Assembly: GCA_014762505.1 (NCBI GenBank)
Contig: JABURS010000018.1
Span: forward strand, 3,889 to 67,888
Reading direction: 5' to 3'
Length of the DNA stretch: 64,000 bases
Source of the DNA: Chromatiales bacterium
Lineage (GTDB): Bacteria; Pseudomonadota; Gammaproteobacteria; SpSt-1174
A program made the translations under genes and the position numbers. The notes below the pieces were generated by a model. That model was not told the origin of the DNA and ran no database searches. It saw only the letters and a program-made list of their open reading frames with translations. Every line of letters starts with the position of its first letter. Position 1 is the first letter of the stretch. This document shows positions 41,895-53,671 of the stretch, one piece after another.

Positions 41895-42593
<699 letters not shown>

Positions 42594-42595
42594 GG

Positions 42596-43849
42596 TCACT
42601 CGTAGCGCAGGGCTTCGGCCGGCTGGGTGCGCGAGGCGCGCCACGCGGGATAGAGCGTGGCCAGCACGGTGAGGATGAAGGCCATCAGGCCGACGCGCAC
42701 CACGTCGCGGATGCGCAGGTCGGAGGGGATGTCGCTGATGTAATAGACGTCGGGCGAGAGGAATTTCATGCCGATCAGACCCTCCAGCGTGGCCACGATC
42801 ACCTCGACGTTGAGCGCCACCGTCACGCCGGCGATCACGCCGATGAGCGTGCCGAGAAAACCGATCAGGCTGCCCTGGATGATGAAGATCATCATCACCT
42901 TGCCCGGCGTGAGGCCGAGTGTGCGCAGGATGGCGATGTCCGACTGCTTGTCCGTGACCACCATCACCAGGGTGGACACGATGTTGAAGGCCGCGACCGC
43001 CACGATCAGGAACAGGATGATGAACATCACCGTCTTTTCCATCTTCAGCGCACGGAAGAAGTTCGCATGCTGGCGCGTCCAGTCCGTCACCCAGTAGTCG
43101 GGCCCGAGGCTGTCGTTGAGGCTGGCGGTGATGCGCGGGGCGCCGAACATGTCGTCGAGCTTGAGGCGCAGGCCGCTGGCGTTGCTGCCCATCTGGAAGA
43201 GCGGCTGGGCATCCTTCAGGTGCATGAAGGCCACGCTGCGGTCGTACTGGTGCATGCCCACCTCGAACACGCCGACCACGGTGAAACGGCGCATGCGCGG
43301 GATCACGCCGGCGGGTGTCACGCCGGCCTGGGGGGCGAACACCGTCACCTTGTCGCCCAGCCCCGCCCCCAGTGCCGCCGAGAGTTCGCTGCCGATCACC
43401 AGCCCGAATTCGCCCGGGCGCAGCAGTTCCAGGCTGCCCTGGACCATCTTGCCGTGGATGTCGGAGACCTGGCGCTCACGGGCCGGCTCGATGCCGCGGA
43501 TGGCGGCGCCGGTGACCCGTGCGCGGTTGGCGAGCATGCCCTCGGCATCGATATAGGGTGCGGTGGCGGCCACGCCGGGCTGGCGGGCCAGGGCTGCCTC
43601 GAGGCGCTTCTGGTCGGCTGGAGAGAGCCGGTTGCCGAGGCCCGTGACACTGGCGTGAGAGGCCATCGACAGCGTGCGTTCGCGCAGTTCCCGCTCGAAG
43701 CCGTTCATCACCGACAGCACGACGATCAGCGCCATCACGCCCACCACGATGCCCGTGATCGAGGCCAGCGAGATGAACGAGATGAAGTGATTGCGCCGCT
43801 TGGCACGCGTATAGCGCAATCCGATGAAGAGCTCTAGGGGCTGGAACAT
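42596..43849 (-). CDS. lolE: Lipoprotein-releasing permease LolC/E
   Basis: [41 protein letters not shown]. Confidence 0.93.
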   Translation of the reverse strand: MFQPLELFIGLRYTRAKRRNHFISFISLASITGIVVGVMALIVVLSVMNGFERELRERTLSMASHASVTGLGNRLSPADQKRLEAALARQPGVAATAPYIDAEGMLANRARVTGAAIRGIEPARERQVSDIHGKMVQGSLELLRPGEFGLVIGSELSAALGAGLGDKVTVFAPQAGVTPAGVIPRMRRFTVVGVFEVGMHQYDRSVAFMHLKDAQPLFQMGSNASGLRLKLDDMFGAPRITASLNDSLGPDYWVTDWTRQHANFFRALKMEKTVMFIILFLIVAVAAFNIVSTLVMVVTDKQSDIAILRTLGLTPGKVMMIFIIQGSLIGFLGTLIGVIAGVTVALNVEVIVATLEGLIGMKFLSPDVYYISDIPSDLRIRDVVRVGLMAFILTVLATLYPAWRASRTQPAEALRYE

Positions 43850-44190
43850 GCGGGGATTAAATCACAGGGCGTTGATAAGTTAAACGAAAAGGACGCTTGG
43901 GACGGGCTCGGCATCTTCGTCACACGGAGACTGTACCGCCCTCGCCAGCGTGAATCCCCGGACCTTCCGGAAACCGGTATCCGGCCAAGGTTTCTGTGTG
44001 CCATAGGGTGTTAGCGTGCAGGCAGGCCTGTCGCGTGCCTCGACGGCCTGCCCCCGGTCTCGACGGCCAGCCAGTTTCGCCCTCCTGAACGGGGCAAAAA
44101 GTGCGTCTGGTCAATAATCTAGAATACTTTGATGACAAACTGAGTGATGCTATGATCCTTCGAAAACGACACTCAACGGGAGTCCCTGTC

Positions 44191-44526
44191 ATGTCATGCA
44201 CCCTCTGGATTCGCCGCACCGCCCTGCCCCTGGCCCTGCTCGGCGTTGCACTCGCTGCCCCCGTGCATGCCGACGTGCTCAAGATCGAGGATCAGGATCC
44301 GGTCGTGGTGCAGAAGGGCGAGCGCCCGACCCGGGGCATGAGCCAGCAGCGCGTCCTCGATCAGTTCGGCGAGCCCCGTTCGCGCCACGGCGCCGTCGGC
44401 GAGCCGCCGATCAGCCGCTGGGACTACGGCGACTTCTCCGTGTACTTCGAGCACAATCACGTGCTGCATGCCGTGGACTTCCGCCAGGAACAGGGCGCCC
44501 AGCCCGAGGCGGCGCCGGCACGCTAG
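44191..44526 (+). CDS. Small secreted protein (SmpA/BamE-like fold suspected)
   Basis: Signal peptide; PTRGMSQ..V..FGEP..PPISRWDY..VYFE. Confidence 0.7.
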   Translation: MSCTLWIRRTALPLALLGVALAAPVHADVLKIEDQDPVVVQKGERPTRGMSQQRVLDQFGEPRSRHGAVGEPPISRWDYGDFSVYFEHNHVLHAVDFRQEQGAQPEAAPAR

Positions 44527-44584
44527 CCACCCCTGCTCCGCCGTCCAGTCCCCGCCCCCGAGGCTCGCTCAACCCTGAGGTCCG

Positions 44585-45640
44585 ATGAACACGATGGCCA
44601 GCCGTCGTTGCCAGTTCCTGCCCGAATGGACGCCGCAAAGCGGCGTGATGCTCACCTGGCCGCATGACGCCAGCGACTGGGCGCCGCTGCTCGATCGCGT
44701 GGAACCGGTATACCGGGAGATCGCCCGCGAGGTCCTGTATCGCGAGGGGCTGCTGATCGTGGCCCGCGACAAGGCCCACCGCCGGCACATCGAGGCCGTG
44801 CTCAGCGAGGACGACGGCATGGACCTGTCGGGCATCCGCTGGGCCTATGCCCCGAGCAACGACAGCTGGGCCCGTGACCACGGACCCATAACCGTCCGCG
44901 ACGAGCATGGCCGCCTGCGGCTGCTGGACTTCCGCTTCAATGGCTGGGGCGGGAAGTACGCGCACGACCTGGACAACGCCATCAATGCCCGGCTGGCCGA
45001 GCAGAAGTGCTTTGTCCCGCCCCTGCAGGCCGTGGAGCTGGTGCTGGAAGGCGGCTCGCTGGAGGTCGACAGCCACGGCACGCTGCTCACCACCGCCCAG
45101 TGCCTGCTGATGCCACACCGCAATCCCGGCCTGTCCCGCGAGGCCATCGAGGCCGCGCTCATCGAACACCTGTGCCTGGAGCGGGTGCTGTGGCTGGAGC
45201 ACGGCCACCTGGCCGGCGACGACACCGATGCCCACATCGACACGCTGGCGCGCTTTTGCAGCGATGACACCATCGCCTACATGAGCTGCGAGGATCCGGC
45301 CGACGAGCACCACGCCCCGCTCAGGGCCATGGAACAGGAACTCGCGGCCCTGCGCACCCGCGACGGTCAGCCCTACCGGCTGGTGCCGCTGCCCATGCCC
45401 GCCCCGATCCGCAATGCGGCAGGCGACCGCCTGCCGGCGAGCTATGCCAACTTCCTCATCATCAACGACGCCGTGCTGGTACCGATCTACCGAGACGACA
45501 ACGACAGGCGCGTGCTCGCCGCCCTGGACGGGGCCTTCCCCAACCACGAGGTCATCGGCATCGACTGCCGGGCGCTGATCGAGCAATACGGCAGCCTGCA
45601 CTGCATCACCATGCAGCTGCCGGAAGGAGTGCTGCGATGA
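44585..45640 (+). CDS. aguA: Agmatine deiminase family protein
   Basis: PEW, WARDHGP, FNGWG, LEGGS, DTDAHID, SYANF, GSLHC. Confidence 0.9.
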   Translation: MNTMASRRCQFLPEWTPQSGVMLTWPHDASDWAPLLDRVEPVYREIAREVLYREGLLIVARDKAHRRHIEAVLSEDDGMDLSGIRWAYAPSNDSWARDHGPITVRDEHGRLRLLDFRFNGWGGKYAHDLDNAINARLAEQKCFVPPLQAVELVLEGGSLEVDSHGTLLTTAQCLLMPHRNPGLSREAIEAALIEHLCLERVLWLEHGHLAGDDTDAHIDTLARFCSDDTIAYMSCEDPADEHHAPLRAMEQELAALRTRDGQPYRLVPLPMPAPIRNAAGDRLPASYANFLIINDAVLVPIYRDDNDRRVLAALDGAFPNHEVIGIDCRALIEQYGSLHCITMQLPEGVLR

Positions 45641-46542
45641 ACGACAAGACGACAAACAACAAGACCCTCACCGTCGGCCTGGTGCAGCAGAGCAACACCG
45701 CCGACTACGAACACAACCTCGCCAAGTCCGAGGCCGGCATCCGCGAGGCCGCCGGTCGCGGCGCCGAACTGGTGATGCTGCAGGAACTGCACACCGGGCT
45801 GTATTTCTGCCAGACCGAGGACACCAACGTCTTCGACCTGGCCGAGCCCATTCCGGGCCCCACCACCGAGCGCCTGGGCGCACTGGCGAAGGAACTCGGC
45901 ATCGTCATCGTCGGCTCGCTGTTCGAGCGCCGCGCCACCGGGCTCTACCACAACACCGCCGTGGTGCTGGAGCGCGACGGCACGCTCGCCGGCATGTATC
46001 GGAAGATGCACATCCCGGACGATCCGGGCTATTACGAGAAGTTCTACTTCACACCGGGCGATCTCGGCTTCACCCCCATAGACACATCGGTGGGGCGGCT
46101 CGGCGTGCTGGTGTGCTGGGACCAGTGGTTCCCGGAGGGCGCGCGCCTGATGGCCCTGGCCGGCGCCGACCTGCTGCTCTACCCCACCGCCATCGGCTGG
46201 GACCCGGAGGACGATCAGGACGAGCAGGCCCGCCAGCGCGACGCCTGGATCACCATCCAGCGCGCCCACGCCGTGGCCAACAACCTGCCGGTGCTCAGCG
46301 CCAACCGCACGGGACACGAGGACGACCCCTCCGGCATCACCCCGGGCGCGCGTTTCTGGGGCTCGAGCTTCGTCGCCGGCCCGCAGGGCGAGATCCTGGC
46401 GCAGAGCCCGGTGGACGGCGACGACGTGCTGGTCGTGCCCATCGATCGCGAGCGCGTGGAACGGGTGCGCCGCATCTGGCCCTATTTCCGCGACCGCCGC
46501 ATCGACGCCTACGCCGAACTCACCCGCCGCTTCCGCGACTGA
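45637..46542 (+). CDS. aguB: N-carbamoylputrescine amidase (C-N hydrolase)
   Basis: LQEL, YRKMHIPDDPGYYEKFYF, VCWDQW; coupled to aguA. Confidence 0.9.
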   Translation: MNDKTTNNKTLTVGLVQQSNTADYEHNLAKSEAGIREAAGRGAELVMLQELHTGLYFCQTEDTNVFDLAEPIPGPTTERLGALAKELGIVIVGSLFERRATGLYHNTAVVLERDGTLAGMYRKMHIPDDPGYYEKFYFTPGDLGFTPIDTSVGRLGVLVCWDQWFPEGARLMALAGADLLLYPTAIGWDPEDDQDEQARQRDAWITIQRAHAVANNLPVLSANRTGHEDDPSGITPGARFWGSSFVAGPQGEILAQSPVDGDDVLVVPIDRERVERVRRIWPYFRDRRIDAYAELTRRFRD

Positions 46543-46555
46543 CGGGAGGTCCGAC

Positions 46556-47233
46556 GTGACGACTGCCTCCACCAGCGACACGGCCTGGCTGGCGCATTTT
46601 CCCGCCCTGCGGGAGATCACCGACCCCGTTGGCCGGCGCGTGATCACCGCCGCCCAGCACCTGCGGGTGCCGCCCTGCACCACGGTGTTCCACACGGGCG
46701 ATCCCTGCCGCAACTACCTGCTGGTCATCGACGGCTCCGTGCGCGTCCAGCAGACGGCGCCCAACGGCCGCGAGATCGTGCTCTACCGGGTCGGCCCGGG
46801 CGAGTCCTGCGTGCTCACCACCTCCTGCCTGCTCGCCACCAGCGGCTATGCCGCCGAGGGCATCACCGAGGACGAGGTCGAGGCCGTGGCCATCCCGGCG
46901 CCCGAGTTCCACCGGGCCGTGGCCGAGTCGCCGGGTTTTCGCCAGTTCGTCTTCGATGGCTTCGGCCAGCGCCTGGCCGAGCTGATGACGCTCATCGAGG
47001 AGGTCGCCTTCGGCCGCCTCGACGCGCGGCTGGCCCAGCGCCTGCTGCGCCTGGCCGGTGAGTCGGATCGCGTGGAGACCACGCACCAGCAGCTCGCCAC
47101 CGAGATCGGCAGTGCCCGCGAGGTGGTGAGCCGCCAGCTCAAGGAATTCGAGCGTCGTGGCTGGGTGGCCCTGGGGCGCGGCCATGTCGATTTGCGCGAC
47201 CGCCGGGCCCTGGCCGCCCTGGAACTGATGTAG
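46556..47233 (+). CDS. Crp/Fnr family regulator
   Basis: GREIVLYRVGPGESC; THQQLA.EIGSAREVVSR. Confidence 0.92.
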   Translation: MTTASTSDTAWLAHFPALREITDPVGRRVITAAQHLRVPPCTTVFHTGDPCRNYLLVIDGSVRVQQTAPNGREIVLYRVGPGESCVLTTSCLLATSGYAAEGITEDEVEAVAIPAPEFHRAVAESPGFRQFVFDGFGQRLAELMTLIEEVAFGRLDARLAQRLLRLAGESDRVETTHQQLATEIGSAREVVSRQLKEFERRGWVALGRGHVDLRDRRALAALELM

Positions 47234-47350
47234 CCCTGGAGCTGATATAGCATTGATCCGGCCGCCGGTGACTTGATTACTGAAAGTCGCCCCGTCAGCG
47301 CCTATGCTCACTGCATCACCCAACCGCAGACCACACTGGAGGTGTTTGTC

Positions 47351-47551
47351 ATGACCATCAACATGGGCAGTATCGATCGCATCATCCGCGGCATCGTCGG
47401 CATCGTTCTGCTGGCGCTCATCGTGGTGTTCCCCGAGGCCTCCTGGCGCTGGTGGGGGCTGATCGGCATCGTGCCGCTGGCCACCGCCATCATCGGCTGG
47501 TGCCCCGCCTACACGATCATCGGCATGAACACCTGCCCCAGGCGCGACTGA
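47351..47551 (+). CDS. DUF2892 (YgaP-like) membrane protein
   Basis: SD GGAGG; NMGSIDRIIR..GWCPAY..G.NTC. Confidence 0.88.
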   Translation: MTINMGSIDRIIRGIVGIVLLALIVVFPEASWRWWGLIGIVPLATAIIGWCPAYTIIGMNTCPRRD

Positions 47552-47573
47552 CGGCGCAGGCGGTGACCTGACC

Positions 47574-47600
47574 AGGGCGGCCCTCGGGCCGCCCTTTTTT
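47574..47600 (+). terminator. Terminator after DUF2892
   Basis: AGGGCGGCCC-TC-GGGCCGCCCT followed by T-run. Confidence 0.85.
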
Positions 47601-47688
47601 GTGCCCTGCACCTGCAATCGCCGGCGCAATATGGGAAAATGCGCCGCTTTGCAGCCCGCGTCTCAAGGCCGATCAGGATCCCCCAGGA

Positions 47689-50600
47689 ATGAACCGCCCC
47701 ACCACACTGCTGGCCCCGAAGCTGCCCGCCACCGGTCGCGAGACCCTGCGCTGGGGGCACCTGTACGGCTGTGCGCGCGGACTGGCCATCGCCGAGGCCG
47801 CGGCCGGCGCCGGCCGCCTCACCCTGCTGGTCACGGCGGACTCGCAGTCGGCCTATCGCCTGGAGCAGGAGCTGCGCTTCTTCGGTGCGGCCGCCGACCT
47901 GCCGATCCTGAGCTTCCCGGACTGGGAGACCCTGCCCTACGACGTCTTCTCCCCGCACGAGGACATCATCTCCCAGCGCCTGGAGACGCTGCACCGGCTG
48001 CCCTCGCTGAGCCATGGCGTGCTGGTGGTCCCGGTCACCACCCTGATGCACCGCATCGCCCCGCGCGACTTCCTCAGCGCCCACACCCTGATGATGGACG
48101 TGGGCGAACGCCTGGACATCGACGCCCTGCGCCAGCGCCTGGAACAGGCCGGTTACCGGCACGTGAGCCAGGTGATGGAGCACGGCGAGTTCGCCCTGCG
48201 CGGCTCCATCGTCGATCTCTTCCCGATGGGGGCGAATCACCCCTACCGCATCGACCTCTTCGACGACGAGATCGAGAGCATCCGCGAATTCGATCCCGAG
48301 ACCCAGCTCTCGCAGGAAAAGGTCGAGCGCATCCGCCTGCTGCCGGCCCACGAGTTCCCCATGCACGACGAGGCCATCAAGGGCTTCCGTCAGCGTTACC
48401 GCCAGGTCTTCGAGGGCGACCCGCAGGCCAGCAGCATCTACCGCGAGGTGAGCAACGGCAGTGCGCCGGCCGGAGTGGAGTACTACATCCCGCTGTTCTT
48501 CGAGCAGATGGCCACGCTCTTCGACTACCTGCCGGAAGACGCCCTGGTCATCACCACCGCAGACGTGGAGGCGGCCGCCTCGCGCTTTGCCGCGAGCACC
48601 GCCGACCGGTATGAGCAACGCCGTCACGACGTGCAGCGCCCGCTGCTGCCGCCGGCAGACCTCTTTCTCTCGCCGGAGGAGCTGGCCGCGGGCCTTGAGC
48701 GCGAGAGCCGCGTACTCATCGAGGGCTTCGAGATCGAGGATGGCGGCAGCGGGGTGCAGAACTTCGCCAGTCTGGCCCTGCCCAACCTGCTGCTGCAGGC
48801 GCGTGCCGAGGACCCGGCGGCCACGTTGAAGTCGTTCATCGCCTCGCGGCCCGGACGCCTGCTGTTCGTCGCCGAATCCGCCGGTCGCCGTGAACACCTG
48901 ATCGAGGCCCTGCGCCAGTTCGAGATCTTCCCGCGCACCGTGGACAGCTGGCCCGAATTCGTCGCCAGCGCGCTCGACTACGCCATCACCGTGGCGCCGA
49001 TGGAGAGCGGCGTGCGCCTGCCCCAGGCCGGCATCAACATCATCCCGGAGAGCGCGCTGGTCGGACAGCGCGCCCAGCAGGAGCGTCGACGCAAACGCCC
49101 CACCCGCGATGCCGATGCCGTGGTGCGCAACCTCACCGACCTCAACGTCGGCGCCCCGGTGGTACACGAGGAACACGGCGTGGGTCGCTACATCGGTCTG
49201 CAGAAGCTCGCGGTCGGAGGCAGCGAGGCGGAGTTCCTGACCCTGGAATACGCCGGCGGCGACAAGCTCTACGTGCCCGTCGCCTCGCTGCACCTGATCA
49301 GCCGTTACACCGGCACCGCGCCGGAGGATGCACCGCTACACAAGCTCGGCAGCGACCAGTGGCAGAAGGCCCGGCGCCGGGCAGCCGAGAAGATCCACGA
49401 CGTGGCTGCCGAGCTGCTGGACATCAATGCGCGCCGCGCCGCGCGCCGCGGGCATGCCTTCGCCACCGACACCGACGACTACGCCGCCTTCGCCGCCTCC
49501 TTCCCCTTCGAGGAGACACCGGACCAGGAGAAGGCGATCCAGGCGGTGCTCGACGACATGGCCGCCGAGCGGCCCATGGATCGCGTGGTCTGCGGCGACG
49601 TGGGCTTCGGCAAGACCGAGGTGGCCATGCGCGCGGCCTTCGTCGCCGCCAGCGGCGGCAAGCAGGTGGCGGTACTGGTGCCCACCACCCTGCTCGCCCA
49701 GCAGCACCTGCAGAACTTCCGCGACCGTTTCGCCGACTGGCCGATACGCATCGAGGGTCTCTCGCGTTTTCGCAGCCAGAAACAACACAAGGAGACGCTC
49801 GCCGGCATCGCCGCCGGCACGGTGGACATCGTCATCGGCACGCACAAGCTGCTGCAGGGCGACGTGGCGTTCAAGGACCTCGGCCTCATCATCGTGGACG
49901 AAGAACACCGCTTCGGCGTGCGCGACAAGGAAAAGCTGAAGAACCTGCGTGCCGAGGTCGACATCCTCACGCTCACCGCCACGCCGATCCCGCGCACACT
50001 CAACATGTCGCTCTCCGGCCTGCGCGACCTGTCGATCATCGCCACGCCGCCGGTGCAGCGTCACGCCATCAAGACCTTCGTCAACGAGTGGAACGACGCC
50101 CTGCTGCAGGAAGCCGTGCTGCGCGAGGTGCGCCGCGGCGGCCAGGTGTATTTCCTGCACAACGAAGTACAAACCATCGAAAAGATGGCGCAGCGCATCG
50201 AACAGGTGGTGCCGGACATCTCGATCCGGATCGCGCACGGCCAGATGCGCGAACGCGAGCTCGAGGAGGTGATGCTGGATTTCTATCACCAGCGCTTCAA
50301 CCTGCTGCTGTGCACCACCATCGTCGAGAGCGGTATCGACGTGCCCACGGCCAACACCATCATCATCAACCGCGCCGACAAGCTCGGCCTGTCGCAGCTG
50401 CACCAGCTGCGCGGTCGCGTCGGCCGCTCGCACCACCGCGCCTATGCCTATCTCGTCACGCCGCCGCGCGTGGCGATGACACCGGACGCGATAAAGCGCC
50501 TGGAGGCCATCGAGTCGCTGGAGGACCTGGGTGTGGGCTTCACCCTCGCCACGCACGACCTCGAGATCCGCGGCGCCGGCGAACTGCTGGGCGATGAACA

Positions 50601-51159
50601 GAGCGGCCAGATCCAGGAGATCGGCTTCACGCTCTACAACGAGCTGCTAGAGCGCGCGGTAAAGGCCCTGAAGTCGGGCAAGCGGCCGGAGCTCGACAAG
50701 CCGCTGCACAGTGGCGCCGAGATCGACCTCGGCGTTCCCGCCCTGCTCCCCGACGACTACGTGCCTGACATCCACGCCCGCCTGGTGCTCTACAAGCGCA
50801 TCGCCAGCGCAGAGAACGAAGAGGCACTGCGCGAACTGCAGGTGGAGATGATCGACCGCTTCGGCCTGCTGCCGGACGCGGCCAAGGCCCTGTTCGAGGT
50901 GAACCGCGTGAAACTGAAGGCCGAGGCGCTGGGCGTGAAGAAGCTCGATGTCGGCGAACAGGGCGGACGCATCATCTTCAACGCCACGCCGAACATCGAT
51001 CCGGCCAGCGTGATACGCCTGATCCAGTCCGATCCGCAGCGCTATCGCCTGGACGGCCAGGACAAGCTGCGCTTCTCCCTGTCACTGGAAAATCTGCAGA
51101 AACGCGTGGATACTGTCGAACGCCTGCTTGGCGAGCTCGCACTCAAGGACGCCGCCTGA
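47689..51159 (+). CDS. mfd: Transcription-repair coupling factor
   Basis: FPDWETLPYD, GDVGFGKTE, DEEHRFG, QLRGRVGRS, HDLEIRGAG. Confidence 0.98.
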   Translation: MNRPTTLLAPKLPATGRETLRWGHLYGCARGLAIAEAAAGAGRLTLLVTADSQSAYRLEQELRFFGAAADLPILSFPDWETLPYDVFSPHEDIISQRLETLHRLPSLSHGVLVVPVTTLMHRIAPRDFLSAHTLMMDVGERLDIDALRQRLEQAGYRHVSQVMEHGEFALRGSIVDLFPMGANHPYRIDLFDDEIESIREFDPETQLSQEKVERIRLLPAHEFPMHDEAIKGFRQRYRQVFEGDPQASSIYREVSNGSAPAGVEYYIPLFFEQMATLFDYLPEDALVITTADVEAAASRFAASTADRYEQRRHDVQRPLLPPADLFLSPEELAAGLERESRVLIEGFEIEDGGSGVQNFASLALPNLLLQARAEDPAATLKSFIASRPGRLLFVAESAGRREHLIEALRQFEIFPRTVDSWPEFVASALDYAITVAPMESGVRLPQAGINIIPESALVGQRAQQERRRKRPTRDADAVVRNLTDLNVGAPVVHEEHGVGRYIGLQKLAVGGSEAEFLTLEYAGGDKLYVPVASLHLISRYTGTAPEDAPLHKLGSDQWQKARRRAAEKIHDVAAELLDINARRAARRGHAFATDTDDYAAFAASFPFEETPDQEKAIQAVLDDMAAERPMDRVVCGDVGFGKTEVAMRAAFVAASGGKQVAVLVPTTLLAQQHLQNFRDRFADWPIRIEGLSRFRSQKQHKETLAGIAAGTVDIVIGTHKLLQGDVAFKDLGLIIVDEEHRFGVRDKEKLKNLRAEVDILTLTATPIPRTLNMSLSGLRDLSIIATPPVQRHAIKTFVNEWNDALLQEAVLREVRRGGQVYFLHNEVQTIEKMAQRIEQVVPDISIRIAHGQMRERELEEVMLDFYHQRFNLLLCTTIVESGIDVPTANTIIINRADKLGLSQLHQLRGRVGRSHHRAYAYLVTPPRVAMTPDAIKRLEAIESLEDLGVGFTLATHDLEIRGAGELLGDEQSGQIQEIGFTLYNELLERAVKALKSGKRPELDKPLHSGAEIDLGVPALLPDDYVPDIHARLVLYKRIASAENEEALRELQVEMIDRFGLLPDAAKALFEVNRVKLKAEALGVKKLDVGEQGGRIIFNATPNIDPASVIRLIQSDPQRYRLDGQDKLRFSLSLENLQKRVDTVERLLGELALKDAA

Positions 51160-51180
51160 TCAACCTGCAAGGAATCCTCC

Positions 51181-51897
51181 GTGAGACCGAACCCGACACA
51201 GACCTCCCTCGCCACCCTGTTCCTGTTCACGATCCTGGCCATGCCCGCCCTGGCCGTGGACTATCACGTCGAGATGCTCGTCTTCGCCAACAACGACGAG
51301 GCTGCCTTCCATTCGGAACAATGGTCGCTGGAGGCGCAGCCGCCGGCCGTGGATGACAGCCTCGCGCTGTTCGACGGCCACGTACGCGCCGGCTTCCGGC
51401 GCCTGGACCCTGCACAGCTCGAACACAATCTCGGCGAGGCCCGTCGGCTACTTGAATCCTCGGGGCATTACACGGTGCTGCGTCACGTGGCCTGGCAGCA
51501 GCCCGGCCTGTCCGCAGAAGATGCGGTGCGTATCCGCCTGCACGGGGGCGAGGACTACAGTCTGCAGTACCCCGAGCGCATGCAGCCTCGCCTGGAAGTG
51601 GGCGAGGACGGCACCATCGTGGAGATCCCGGGGCCGGAGCGGCTGGAGCAGCTGGACGGCACGGTGCGTGTGATACTGGGACGCTATCTGCACGTGCATA
51701 CCGACCTGGTGCTGCGCAAGCCGGTGGTCGTGGAGCGTATCGATCAGGAGAGTGGCGAACCCACGCAGATGCCGGTGCTGCTCGACATCCCCATGCAGGA
51801 ACAGCGGCGCATGCGCAGCCGCGAGCTGCACTATATCGACCACCCCCTGCTCGGGGTGCTGGTGCAGATCACGCCGCTGGAGACGCCCGCCGAGTAG
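51181..51897 (+). CDS. CsiV family protein
   Basis: YHVEMLVF, HVAWQQ, LDGTV..RYLH, RRMRSRELHYIDHP; follows mfd. Confidence 0.85.
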   Translation: MRPNPTQTSLATLFLFTILAMPALAVDYHVEMLVFANNDEAAFHSEQWSLEAQPPAVDDSLALFDGHVRAGFRRLDPAQLEHNLGEARRLLESSGHYTVLRHVAWQQPGLSAEDAVRIRLHGGEDYSLQYPERMQPRLEVGEDGTIVEIPGPERLEQLDGTVRVILGRYLHVHTDLVLRKPVVVERIDQESGEPTQMPVLLDIPMQEQRRMRSRELHYIDHPLLGVLVQITPLETPAE

Positions 51898-51939
51898 GCG
51901 GGCACGAACGCAGGGAGCAGGCCATCACGGCCCGCCTGT

Positions 51940-52680
51940 TCAGATCAGGGGAATGGCGGCCTTCAACACCTGGCGCACGCGGTCCATGCCCGTGCGCAGG
52001 TTCTCGCTGATCTCTTCCATGGTGATCTCCTTCCCATCCCGGCCAGCCGCCCAGTTGGCAACCACGGCCAGGCTCGCGTAACAGAGATCGAGTTCGCGGG
52101 CGAGCGCCGCCTCGGGCATCCCCGTCATGCCGACCACATCGCAGCCATCGCGCTCCAGCCGGTCCACCTCGGCGGCCGTCTCCAGGCGCGGCCCCTGGGT
52201 GGCGGCATAGGTCCCGCCGTCCACCAGGTCGAGCCTGGCCTCCTTACCGCCGGCGAGCAGTGCCTGGCGCATCTCCGCGCAGTAGGGATGGGTGAAGTCG
52301 ATATGGGTCACACCATCCAGGCCTTCCTCGAAGAAGGTGTGCGAGCGCGAATAGGTGTAGTCGATGATCTGGTCGGGCACGGCGAGCTGGCAGGGTGCCA
52401 TGCGTTGCGTGATACCACCGACGGCCGCCACCGCGATCACGTGCGTCACCCCGATGTGCTTCAGCGCCCAGAGATTGGCGCGGTAATTCACGCGATGCGG
52501 GGGGATGGTATGGCGGTAGCCATGGCGCGCCAGGAAGGTGACGTCGTTGCCGAACAGCTCACCGTGGGTCAGCGGGCCGGAGGGCTCGCCAAAAGGCGTG
52601 TGCACCACCTCGCGGCCGACGATCTTCAGACCCTCGAGCGAGGTCAGTCCGGTGCCACCGATGATCGCGAGGCTCGCCAT
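51940..52680 (-). CDS. S-methyl-5'-thioinosine/MTA phosphorylase
   Basis: IIGGTG, TPFGEPS, ARHG..PPH.VNYRAN, GPRLET, GMTGMPE, VANWAAG. Confidence 0.9.
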   Translation of the reverse strand: MASLAIIGGTGLTSLEGLKIVGREVVHTPFGEPSGPLTHGELFGNDVTFLARHGYRHTIPPHRVNYRANLWALKHIGVTHVIAVAAVGGITQRMAPCQLAVPDQIIDYTYSRSHTFFEEGLDGVTHIDFTHPYCAEMRQALLAGGKEARLDLVDGGTYAATQGPRLETAAEVDRLERDGCDVVGMTGMPEAALARELDLCYASLAVVANWAAGRDGKEITMEEISENLRTGMDRVRQVLKAAIPLI

Positions 52681-52704
52681 GTGCACTCCTTGAAATCGTG
52701 CCAG

Positions 52705-53262
52705 TTAGTCTTCTTTTACGGCCCAGATACCCGCGGCATTGCGCAGGTATTCCTTGTAATCCATGCCGCTGCCGAACAGGTAGCGGTCTTCCACCTCGAC
52801 CCCGATGTAGTCCGCACTGGCATCCGGATGCTTGCGGTCGTGCAGCTTGTCCACCAGCACGGCGGTACGCACCGACGCGGCACCATGGCCACGACAGTAG
52901 GCCTGGATGGCGGCCAGGGTATGGCCCTCGTCGAGGATGTCATCGACCAGCAGCACGTTGCGACCATCGATGCTGCGATGCGGCTCCACGAGCCAGTGCA
53001 CTTCGGCACCACCGCTGGTCGCGCCACGGTAGCGTGTGGCGTGCAGGTAATCCAGATGCAGGGGGAAATCGAGGCGGGTCAAAAGCTGACCGGCGGCCAC
53101 CAGGCCGCCGGTCATGATGCAGATCACCAGCGGATTGGCATCCGCCAGGTCTCCGGTAATCGCCTTCGCCATCCGGTCCAGGGCCTGATCGATCTCGGCC
53201 CCGGTGACCAGACAGTCGGCCTCGGCGTAAACGCGTGCGGCCTCTTCGGGCGTTACCGGCAT
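52705..53262 (-). CDS. Hypoxanthine-guanine phosphoribosyltransferase
   Basis: YLHATRY, LLVDDILDEGHTL, GSGMDY. Confidence 0.92.
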   Translation of the reverse strand: MPVTPEEAARVYAEADCLVTGAEIDQALDRMAKAITGDLADANPLVICIMTGGLVAAGQLLTRLDFPLHLDYLHATRYRGATSGGAEVHWLVEPHRSIDGRNVLLVDDILDEGHTLAAIQAYCRGHGAASVRTAVLVDKLHDRKHPDASADYIGVEVEDRYLFGSGMDYKEYLRNAAGIWAVKED

Positions 53263-53302
53263 CGTGTCGTGGGTTCCCTTGCGAGAATCGACGCTGCGAT
53301 GC

Positions 53303-53671
53303 TTAGTAGGTGAAGGTGACGGTGTCGTCGTCCATCGCCTCGCTGATGACGTAGGCGCCACCAACGGTTTCTTCGATTTCGGGGATCAGGTCGTCGCCCC
53401 ACAGATCCAGGGTCGGGGTGCAGACCTTGAAGGTCACGCCCGCTTCGACGGCGTCCTTCATGAAGTCGTAGACCGACTTGTCGGAACCTTCCTGAACGAA
53501 CAGTTTTTCGGCAACGCCCTTCTTGGCCAGCTCGCCAGCGCGGCCGGTCATGATGACTTCCACTTCATATTCCATGGCGGCAGCCACGGTGGCCTGGAAG
53601 AACGGGGCGCCCAGTTCGGAGCCGTTGGACGGGTCGGTGTTGACCATCACGATCATCAGCTTGTCAGCCAT
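53303..53671 (-). CDS. DsrE-family protein
   Basis: APFFQATVAAAM.YEVEV, A.EAGV.FKVC, GGAY; 122 aa; own TATAAT upstream. Confidence 0.8.
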   Translation of the reverse strand: MADKLMIVMVNTDPSNGSELGAPFFQATVAAAMEYEVEVIMTGRAGELAKKGVAEKLFVQEGSDKSVYDFMKDAVEAGVTFKVCTPTLDLWGDDLIPEIEETVGGAYVISEAMDDDTVTFTY

